Shown piece by piece: positions 56,231-63,272 of a stretch of 63,272 nucleotides of DNA (the first letter of the stretch is position 1; every line of letters starts with the position of its first letter). The notes under the pieces were generated by a model. It did no database searches. It was not told where the DNA came from and saw only the letters and a program-made list of their open reading frames with translations. Source of the DNA: a virus (lineage: Duplodnaviria; Caudoviricetes); the IMG/VR virus record IMGVR_UViG_3300046008_000188, positions 1 through 63,272 of that record. One strand, written 5' to 3'. The position numbers were made by a program, and so were the translations under genes.

Positions 56231-57821
56231 ACCCCAAAGAAAACTCACGGCTGAAGACGTGCAGAAGATAGAAAACGCCTTCCCGACAATGTCGGAAGAG
56301 CAGAAACGCAAGGTCTTACCTCTATTAAAGGTATATAAGGATGGTTTAACCCAAGAAGTGGCTAAGGATTCGTTCCTTGACTTCATACACCATGTGTATC
56401 CGGACTATAAGGTAGGTGCCCACCACAAAAGACTGGCTAAAATCTTCGAGGAGATTGCCGAGGGCAAGAAGAAACGGGTTGTAGTTAACATTGCACCGCG
56501 TCATGGTAAGTCAGAGATGATATCGTACCTAGCTCCGGCTTGGTTCTTGGGCAAATACCCACATAAGAAGATTATTATGGCATCACACACAGCGGACTTG
56601 GCTGTTAACTTCGGGCGTCGAGTGCGTAACTTGGTGGGTTCAGACCCCTATAAAGACATATTTCCGCAGGTAGAACTGCAGTCAGACAGTAAAAGTGCAA
56701 GTAGATGGGGTACTAATTTTAATGGTGAATACTTTGCAATTGGTGTTGGTGGCGCTCTTGCTGGGCGAGGCGCTGACCTTTTTATCATTGATGACCCTCA
56801 TTCTGAACAAGAAGCTAAGCAGGGGCGAGCAGATGTTTTTCTTCCTGCTTGGGAATGGTTTCAATCTGGCCCTATTCAGCGTCTTATGCCAGGTGGTGCG
56901 ATAATTGTCGTAATGACTAGGTGGTCTAAGCTTGACTTGACCGGACAAATCCTAAACCAGATGATTAAGAACGAGGACGCAGAGGACTGGGAGATAGTAG
57001 AGTTCCCCGCAATACTCGAGAAGGAAAGAAAGATAGAGTACACCGTTGTCGACGAGGACAACATAGAACATAAAGAAATAAAGACAGAAAAATACGAGGT
57101 ACCCTTGTGGCCCGAGTTCTGGTCCTTGGAAGAGTTAGCTGCAAAACGTGCCGTGCTGGACGTCCGTTACTGGAATGCACAATATTTACAAAACCCTACG
57201 TCAGAAGAAGGTGCGCTGATAAAGAGGGAGTGGTGGCAGATATGGGACAAGGAAGACCCACCACAGTGTGAGTTTATTATTATGGCGCTGGACGCGGCTC
57301 AGGAGACTAACAACCGAGCTGACTATAACTCATTGACAACATGGGGTGTTTTTTATAACGAGGAAGTGTCTAATTATAATATAATCCTGTTAAACGCAAT
57401 AAAAGAGCGTTTGGAGTTTCCGGAGTTAAAAGCGCTAGCACTCAAGGAGTATAAGGAGTGGGAGCCTGACTCGTTCATAGTGGAGAAGAAGTCCAACGGC
57501 TCAGCGTTGTATCAAGAGATGCGTAGGATGGGACTTCCACTAGGTGAGTTCACGCCAGGAAAAGGGCAGGATAAGATAAGCCGAGTAAATGCGGTGTCTG
57601 ACTTATTTCGCTCTGGCATTGTGTGGGCACCGGACCGTAGATGGGCTAGAGAAGTTATTGAGGAGTGCAACGACTTTCCGAGCGGGGCAAACGATGACCA
57701 AGTCGACTCTACAACACTAGCACTATTTCGTTTCAGACAAGGGGGGTTCATCAAACTTCCTAATGATGAGCCTGACGACGACATGTTATATAAATATAAA
57801 AGAAAAGCTGCATACTATTAA
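56223..57821 (+). CDS. terL: Terminase large subunit
   Basis: APRHGKS Walker A, IIDDP, MTRW, YLQNP, ALDAA, DDQVD nuclease motif. Confidence 0.95.
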   Translation: MSKPQRKLTAEDVQKIENAFPTMSEEQKRKVLPLLKVYKDGLTQEVAKDSFLDFIHHVYPDYKVGAHHKRLAKIFEEIAEGKKKRVVVNIAPRHGKSEMISYLAPAWFLGKYPHKKIIMASHTADLAVNFGRRVRNLVGSDPYKDIFPQVELQSDSKSASRWGTNFNGEYFAIGVGGALAGRGADLFIIDDPHSEQEAKQGRADVFLPAWEWFQSGPIQRLMPGGAIIVVMTRWSKLDLTGQILNQMIKNEDAEDWEIVEFPAILEKERKIEYTVVDEDNIEHKEIKTEKYEVPLWPEFWSLEELAAKRAVLDVRYWNAQYLQNPTSEEGALIKREWWQIWDKEDPPQCEFIIMALDAAQETNNRADYNSLTTWGVFYNEEVSNYNIILLNAIKERLEFPELKALALKEYKEWEPDSFIVEKKSNGSALYQEMRRMGLPLGEFTPGKGQDKISRVNAVSDLFRSGIVWAPDRRWAREVIEECNDFPSGANDDQVDSTTLALFRFRQGGFIKLPNDEPDDDMLYKYKRKAAYY

Positions 57822-57832
57822 AGGAATATATT

Positions 57833-60376
57833 ATGGCAACAAATATGGACAAAGCGTTATACCAAGCCCCCCTAGGCATGACCGAGGATGATGAGACTGC
57901 ACCGCCCATCGAGATAGAGATTGAAGACCCAGAGAGCGTGGGCATCAAGATAGGTGACTTAGAGATAGACATCGAGCCAGGTGTTGACGAGGACGAGTTT
58001 AATAAGAACTTAGCCGAGGACATGGATGACAGCGTGTTGACTACAATGGCTTCAGAACTTGTCTCTGACTATGAAGATGACTTAGCGTCCCGCAAAGACT
58101 GGATACAAACCTATGTAGATGGTCTAGAGTTGCTAGGTATGAAGATTGAAGAACGTAGCGAGCCATGGGAAGGCGCGTGTGGTGTGTACCACCCACTATT
58201 AAGTGAAGCGCTAGTTAAGTTTCAGGCTGAGACTATGATGTCGATGTTCCCTGCAGCTGGCCCAGTTAAGACACAGATAATTGGTAAAGAGACCGTAGAG
58301 AAAAAAGATGCGGCCCTTCGTGTGCAAGATGACATGAACTACCAGCTTACTGATGTGATGAAGGAATACCGTCCAGAGCATGAGCGCATGTTATGGGGCC
58401 TAGGTCTAAGTGGTAACGCGTTTAAGAAAGTGTACTTTGACCCGCATCTAGACCGTCAAGTATCTCTATTTGTACCGGCAGAAGATATCGTTGTGCCATA
58501 CGGCGCGTCTAACTTAGAGTCAGCAGAGCGTGTAACCCACGTAATGCGTAAGACAGAGAATGAACTACGTCGCTTACAAGTGGCTGGGTTTTATCGTGAT
58601 GTTGAGTTGGGCGACCCATCGGATGTATTAGATGAGGTAGAGAAGAAGATAGCCGAGAAGATGGGCTTCCGTGCCACAAGTGACTCACGCTACAAAGTAT
58701 TAGAGATGCACGTCGACTACGACCTACCGGGTTACGAGCATGAGGACGACGATGGTAAAGCTACAGGCATTGCGCTGCCATACGTCATAACTATAGAGAA
58801 AGGCACTAACACTGTATTAGCAGTACGCCGCAACTGGGACCCTGAAGATGAAACCTATCAAAAACGTCAGCACTTCGTCCATTATGGTTATGTTCCGGGT
58901 TTCGGCTTTTATTATTTTGGGCTTATTCATCTGGTCGGGGCTTTTGCTAAGTCTGGCACTTCACTTATTCGCCAGTTGGTTGATGCGGGTACGCTCAGCA
59001 ATTTACCGGGTGGTTTTAAAACTCGCGGACTTCGTGTCAAGGGTGATGACACACCGATAGCTCCAGGTGAGTTCCGTGATGTAGATGTACCGTCAGGCAC
59101 TATGCGTGACAATATTATGCCTCTACCATACAAAGAGCCTTCACAAGTTCTTATGGGCTTATTAGGCCAAATCGTAGAAGAAGGTCGTCGCTTCGCTAAT
59201 ACAGCAGACTTGCAAATCTCTGACATGTCAGCTAACTCTCCAGTCGGAACAACACTTGCTATTTTAGAGCGTACCTTGAAGGTTATGTCAGCCGTACAAG
59301 CTCGCATACACTATTCTATGAAGCAAGAGTTAGGTCTCCTTAAAGAAATAATCGCAGCATACACTCCAGATGATTATAACTACGAGCCAGAAGAAGGCGA
59401 CCGTAAGGCTAAGAAATCTGACTACAATAACGTAGAGGTAATCCCTGTATCTGACCCTAACGCCTCAACAATGGCACAGAAGATTGTACAGTACCAAGCT
59501 GTTATGCAGTTAGCGCAACAAACTCCTCAGATATACAACATGCCTTTATTACACCGTCAGATGTTAGAAGTGATGGGTATTAAGAATGTAGGTAAGTTAA
59601 TTCCTATGGACGAGGACCAGAAGCCTATGGACCCAGTGACCGAGAATCAGAACATATTGATGATGAAACCGGTCAAGGCGTTTTCTTACCAAGACCATCA
59701 GTCTCATATCGCGGTTCACACAGCTGCATTGCAAGACCCGAAAATCGTGGCTCTAGTACAGAACAACCCTATGGCTCCGCAGATTCAAGCGGCTATGATG
59801 GCTCATATTAACGAGCACTTAGGCTATGCATACCGTGTTGAGATAGAGAAACAGTTGGGTATGGAGTTACCACCAGAGAAAGATGTAGACGGTGAAGTAA
59901 TGTCTATGGACCCAGAAGTTGAGAAACGCTTGGCTCCGATGTTGGCGCAGGCTGCGCAGCGTCTGTTACAACAAAACCAAGCAGAAGCTCAGCAACAAAA
60001 AGCTCAGCAAATGCAACAAGACCCAATCATTCAAATGCAACAACAAGAGTTGCAGCTTAAAGCCGCAGAACAGAAACGCAAAGAAACAAAAGACATGACC
60101 GATGCGCAGTTCAAAGTCCAACAGTTACAACTTGAAAAGGCTAAGTTACAAGCAGACATGGCTAAATCAGATAAGCAACTTAAGTTTAATGCAGCAAAAG
60201 AAGACACTAAAATGGTAGCTGATGCTGTAAAACAAGTATCTAAACAGCAACATGACTTTAAAAAACATGAAACGGGTAACAAACATAACCGTGACATGAA
60301 AAGCCAAGACGTAATCAGTAGAAACCTTCAAGCGGTAATGGCTGCTAGACGTAATGTTCCTAAAAAGGGTGAATAA
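57833..60376 (+). CDS. Portal protein
   Basis: 847 aa, follows TerL; Gln-rich C-terminal helical barrel as in P22-like portals. Confidence 0.85.
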   Translation: MATNMDKALYQAPLGMTEDDETAPPIEIEIEDPESVGIKIGDLEIDIEPGVDEDEFNKNLAEDMDDSVLTTMASELVSDYEDDLASRKDWIQTYVDGLELLGMKIEERSEPWEGACGVYHPLLSEALVKFQAETMMSMFPAAGPVKTQIIGKETVEKKDAALRVQDDMNYQLTDVMKEYRPEHERMLWGLGLSGNAFKKVYFDPHLDRQVSLFVPAEDIVVPYGASNLESAERVTHVMRKTENELRRLQVAGFYRDVELGDPSDVLDEVEKKIAEKMGFRATSDSRYKVLEMHVDYDLPGYEHEDDDGKATGIALPYVITIEKGTNTVLAVRRNWDPEDETYQKRQHFVHYGYVPGFGFYYFGLIHLVGAFAKSGTSLIRQLVDAGTLSNLPGGFKTRGLRVKGDDTPIAPGEFRDVDVPSGTMRDNIMPLPYKEPSQVLMGLLGQIVEEGRRFANTADLQISDMSANSPVGTTLAILERTLKVMSAVQARIHYSMKQELGLLKEIIAAYTPDDYNYEPEEGDRKAKKSDYNNVEVIPVSDPNASTMAQKIVQYQAVMQLAQQTPQIYNMPLLHRQMLEVMGIKNVGKLIPMDEDQKPMDPVTENQNILMMKPVKAFSYQDHQSHIAVHTAALQDPKIVALVQNNPMAPQIQAAMMAHINEHLGYAYRVEIEKQLGMELPPEKDVDGEVMSMDPEVEKRLAPMLAQAAQRLLQQNQAEAQQQKAQQMQQDPIIQMQQQELQLKAAEQKRKETKDMTDAQFKVQQLQLEKAKLQADMAKSDKQLKFNAAKEDTKMVADAVKQVSKQQHDFKKHETGNKHNRDMKSQDVISRNLQAVMAARRNVPKKGE

Positions 60377-60570
60377 TGGATTATAAAATTTATGATGTTC
60401 TTCTAGGCGAGTACAAAGACCGCATGGACATGCTTTCCGAGGCATTAGTCCGGGGCAATTGCCCAACAATAGAAGAATACAGGTATATATGTGGTCAGCT
60501 ACGAGGTCTCGAAGCCGCATGTTCAATTATAGTAGACCTCAAAAAACGATTGGAGAATTTAGATGAGTGA
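60376..60570 (+). CDS. Small conserved head-module protein
   Basis: EEYRYICGQLRGL motif; coupled to the portal gene. Confidence 0.65.
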   Translation: MDYKIYDVLLGEYKDRMDMLSEALVRGNCPTIEEYRYICGQLRGLEAACSIIVDLKKRLENLDE

Positions 60571-60979
60571 GATTTTATTGGCTACAAACCCCAATAATCC
60601 GCAAATAGTAGGCTCTTATAAACCACAAGCAACAGACGAAGAAAAAGCATCACAGCTTCCACAACCGTCTGGGTATCATATTCTTTGTGCAATACCAGAA
60701 ATGGATAAGGAATACGATAGTGGTCTAATAAAAGCAGATGAAACAATACGACATGAGGAAGCATTAACTACGGTTTTATTCGTGGTTGATTTAGGTCCAG
60801 ATTGTTATAAAGACGGTGCTAAGTTTCCTACGGGTGCTTGGTGTAAGAAAGGTGATTTCGTTTTAGTTCGCCCACATTCTGGTAGCCGTTTGGTTATCCA
60901 CGGTCGTGAGTTTCGTATAATCAATGATGATACAGTTGAAGCGGTTGTAGCTGACCCTCGCGGTATCCGTCGCAAATAA
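60563..60979 (+). CDS. groES: GroES-like co-chaperonin (Cpn10)
   Basis: P.GY.IL, SGLI, VVDLGPD, KGDFVL, FRIINDD.VEAVV. Confidence 0.85.
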   Translation: MSEILLATNPNNPQIVGSYKPQATDEEKASQLPQPSGYHILCAIPEMDKEYDSGLIKADETIRHEEALTTVLFVVDLGPDCYKDGAKFPTGAWCKKGDFVLVRPHSGSRLVIHGREFRIINDDTVEAVVADPRGIRRK

Positions 60980-60989
60980 GGAGGACAAG

Positions 60990-61955
60990 ATGCCTGAATT
61001 TGAGAAAGAAGAGTTTACATTTCCCGATGAGGATAAAAAGGTCAACGTTGCAGAGAACGAAGCAGAAGGTAGCTTTGAGATTGAAATCGAAGACGACACC
61101 CCTGCAGAAGACCGCAATCGTCAGCCCATGCCAAAAGAGCTTGTTGAAGAGCTTGATAAGGATGAGTTAGACAAGTATGACGAGGCTACCAAGCAACGTC
61201 TAAAACAAATGCGTAAGGTCTACCATGACGAACGTCGTGAAAAAGAAGCCGCATTACGTGAACAACGTGAAGCTGTAAACCTTGCACAGCGCCTAATAGA
61301 AGAGAACAAACGTATTAAGAACGTTCTTACTACAGGCGAAAAAGAATACGTAGAGTCCATGCAAACATCGGCTAATCTTCAGCTAGAAATGGCTAAGCGC
61401 GCTTACAAAGATGCATATGACTCAGGGGATACTGATAAACAAATTGAAGCTCAAGAGGCTATGCAGAATGCTAACCTCAAATTGATGCAGATAAAGAATT
61501 TTAAATTACCCTCTTTACAAGAAGATAATAATAGTGTACAAACTCAATATCAAGAGCAAGTACAGCAAAATCCTGTACGCCAAGCGGACCCTAAGCTAGA
61601 AAAATGGCTAGATAGTAACGATTGGTATGGTTCTAACAAAGTGATGACTGCAGCAGCCTTAGCTGTGCATGAAGAACTTGTAGACTCAGGATATAAAGCT
61701 GGCTCTGACGTATACTACGCCGAATTGGACAAAACAATGCGGAACACGTTTAGTGGTTACTTTAGTGATTCTGAACCTGTTAAGGAAAAAGTTGAAAGTG
61801 CTTCTACAAAACCAAGCACAGTTGTAGCGCCAGCTTCTCGAAGCACAGCGTCGAACAAAATTAAACTTAGAGCTAGTCAAGTACAATTAGCAAAAAAATT
61901 GGGACTTACTAACGAACAATACGCGCAAGCGGCCTTAAAATTGGAGAACAGATAA
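60990..61955 (+). CDS. Capsid scaffolding protein (putative)
   Basis: Acidic N-terminus, long coiled coil, C-terminal LAKKLGLT.EQYA. Confidence 0.7.
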   Translation: MPEFEKEEFTFPDEDKKVNVAENEAEGSFEIEIEDDTPAEDRNRQPMPKELVEELDKDELDKYDEATKQRLKQMRKVYHDERREKEAALREQREAVNLAQRLIEENKRIKNVLTTGEKEYVESMQTSANLQLEMAKRAYKDAYDSGDTDKQIEAQEAMQNANLKLMQIKNFKLPSLQEDNNSVQTQYQEQVQQNPVRQADPKLEKWLDSNDWYGSNKVMTAAALAVHEELVDSGYKAGSDVYYAELDKTMRNTFSGYFSDSEPVKEKVESASTKPSTVVAPASRSTASNKIKLRASQVQLAKKLGLTNEQYAQAALKLENR

Positions 61956-62410
61956 TGACAAACACTATTAATAAAGTACCACGCGACTTAGAAACCCGAG
62001 CAATAACTGAACGCCCTAAGCAATGGCAGCCAGCGGAATTGCTCCCAGAACCTGACAAACAGGCCGGGTATTCGTATAGATGGATTCGTACTTCAACGCT
62101 TAACAATGCGGACCCGCGTAACCTATCTGCCAAACTCAGAGAAGGATGGGAACCTGTAAGCATAGAGGAACAACCAAAATTTAAATTGCTAGTCGACCCT
62201 CAAAGTCGTTTTAAAGACAACATTGAGATAGGCGGATTATTATTATGCAAGACTCCTACAGAGTTTGTTGAACAACGTAGTGCACACTACAATCAGTTGA
62301 CTCAATCTCAAACAGAGGCAGTAGATAATAATTTGATGCGCCAAAGTGACCCTCGTATGCCTCTATTTAATGAGCGCAAATCATCGTCATCTTTTGGCAA
62401 AGGTAATTAA
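61955..62410 (+). CDS. Conserved head-module protein
   Basis: YRWIR...REGWEPV...GGLLLCK motifs. Confidence 0.65.
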   Translation: MTNTINKVPRDLETRAITERPKQWQPAELLPEPDKQAGYSYRWIRTSTLNNADPRNLSAKLREGWEPVSIEEQPKFKLLVDPQSRFKDNIEIGGLLLCKTPTEFVEQRSAHYNQLTQSQTEAVDNNLMRQSDPRMPLFNERKSSSSFGKGN

Positions 62411-62432
62411 TTTTAATTTTTAGGAGATTTAT

Positions 62433-63023
62433 ATGGCATATCCAACCGTATCCGCTCCCTATGGCTTTAAACCGATTAACCGTTTAGATGGCTTACCATA
62501 CGCAGGTGCTGTTCGTCAGTACCCTGTAACATCAGGTCAAGCAATCTACAATGGTCAACCAGTTCAATTAGTTATAGGCGGCACAGTATCAGGTGATTCA
62601 GATTTAACAGCAGGTGTTATTCTTGGCGTTGCAGTAGGTGTTCAATACACAAACTCATCTGGCCAAACAGTACAAGCACAATACGCACCAGCTTCAGGCG
62701 TAACTAACGTTATCGCTTATGTAGTTGATGACCCATTTGCGTTATACAAAGTAGCACTTACAGGTAACAACTCAACCATTACAGCTGCAGGCAAAAACAT
62801 CGTCGGCACAAACGTAACAGGTATCGTTGGTACTCCTGATGCAAACACTGGTAACGCGACTTCATCTATCTATGGTGGTTCAGCTGCTGTTACAGCAACT
62901 TTCCCGTTCCGTGTAGTAAGTGTAGTTCCAGAGACAGCGACAGGCGCAGATGCATTCGTAGAGTGTATTGTTAAGCTTAACTTGTCACAACTTCTATCAA
63001 CCACTGGCCTTGCTGCCGCCTAA
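62433..63023 (+). CDS. Capsid decoration/cement-like protein
   Basis: Beta-rich, APYGFKP N-terminus; directly before the major capsid gene. Confidence 0.6.
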   Translation: MAYPTVSAPYGFKPINRLDGLPYAGAVRQYPVTSGQAIYNGQPVQLVIGGTVSGDSDLTAGVILGVAVGVQYTNSSGQTVQAQYAPASGVTNVIAYVVDDPFALYKVALTGNNSTITAAGKNIVGTNVTGIVGTPDANTGNATSSIYGGSAAVTATFPFRVVSVVPETATGADAFVECIVKLNLSQLLSTTGLAAA

Positions 63024-63038
63024 TTAAGGAGATAATAT

Positions 63039-63272
63039 ATGGCTATTTCACGCGCACAGCTCCTTAAAGAGCTACTACCAGGTCTTAACGCATTATTCGG
63101 TTTAGAATATGCCCGTTACGGTCAAGAACACGAAGAGATTTACGAAACTGAATCTTCAGAGCGTTCATTCGAAGAAGAAACAAAATTGTCTGGCTTCTCA
63201 GCCGCACCTGTTAAAAACGAGGGTTCTGCCATCGCTTATGACAATGCTCAAGAAGCTTGGACTGCTCGCTAC
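63039..63272 (+). CDS. Major capsid protein, 3'-truncated by the window edge
   Basis: MAISRAQLLKELLPGLNALFGLEY...SERSFEEE..LSGF..AP.K.EG; strong RBS AAGGAG; open to the end of the window. Confidence 0.85.
   Translation, partial: MAISRAQLLKELLPGLNALFGLEYARYGQEHEEIYETESSERSFEEETKLSGFSAAPVKNEGSAIAYDNAQEAWTARY

Noticed and set aside
1035-62163. Numerous antisense or nested ORFs in the six-frame track (e.g. 9763..10167, 23764..24129, 48171..48629, 55588..56028)
   Set aside because: They are shadows of longer genes on the opposite strand or in another frame, lack an RBS, and run against operon direction.
1-63272. Alternative genetic code, tRNA genes, integrase or att site, introns or inteins
   Set aside because: Core genes are intact under the standard code with TAA, TAG and TGA all used as stops. 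I recognised no cloverleaf, recombinase motif or splicing element by eye; tRNAscan and HMM searches would confirm.

Overview
This window is a nearly complete, circularly permuted genome of a tailed dsDNA phage with podovirus-like gene content (roughly 42% GC by eye). It breaks inside the major capsid gene at the right end and inside a virion gene at the left end. The + strand carries a late arm: 55.6-63.3 kb (TerS, TerL, portal, GroES-like co-chaperonin, scaffold, capsid) continuing at 1-29.5 kb (small basic proteins, head-tail adaptors, two paralogous tail fibres, a lysis region, a nozzle, two GNAT-like proteins, ejection proteins and a 2549-aa polyvalent protein). The - strand carries an early/middle arm at 29.5-55.3 kb (primase-helicase, SSB-like protein, SNF2 helicase, PD-(D/E)xK nuclease, PolA, VRR-NUC, an AAA+/vWA-metallopeptidase pair and many mini-ORFs). 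I found no integrase, RNA polymerase, tRNA, reverse transcriptase or CRISPR array. The most notable unexplained structure is: (i) a recurrent hydrophobic-x-x-Gly-Gly motif at domain junctions of several virion proteins, a candidate processing or head-targeting system; (ii) a modular early region built from repeated promoters, cUUCGg hairpins and a fixed-spacing motif CGCGCG-N8-AACTGGYATC; (iii) a dispersed 18-bp palindrome; (iv) an iteron-like candidate origin; (v) apparent absence of GATC. All functional calls come from motif recognition and gene context, not from database searches.
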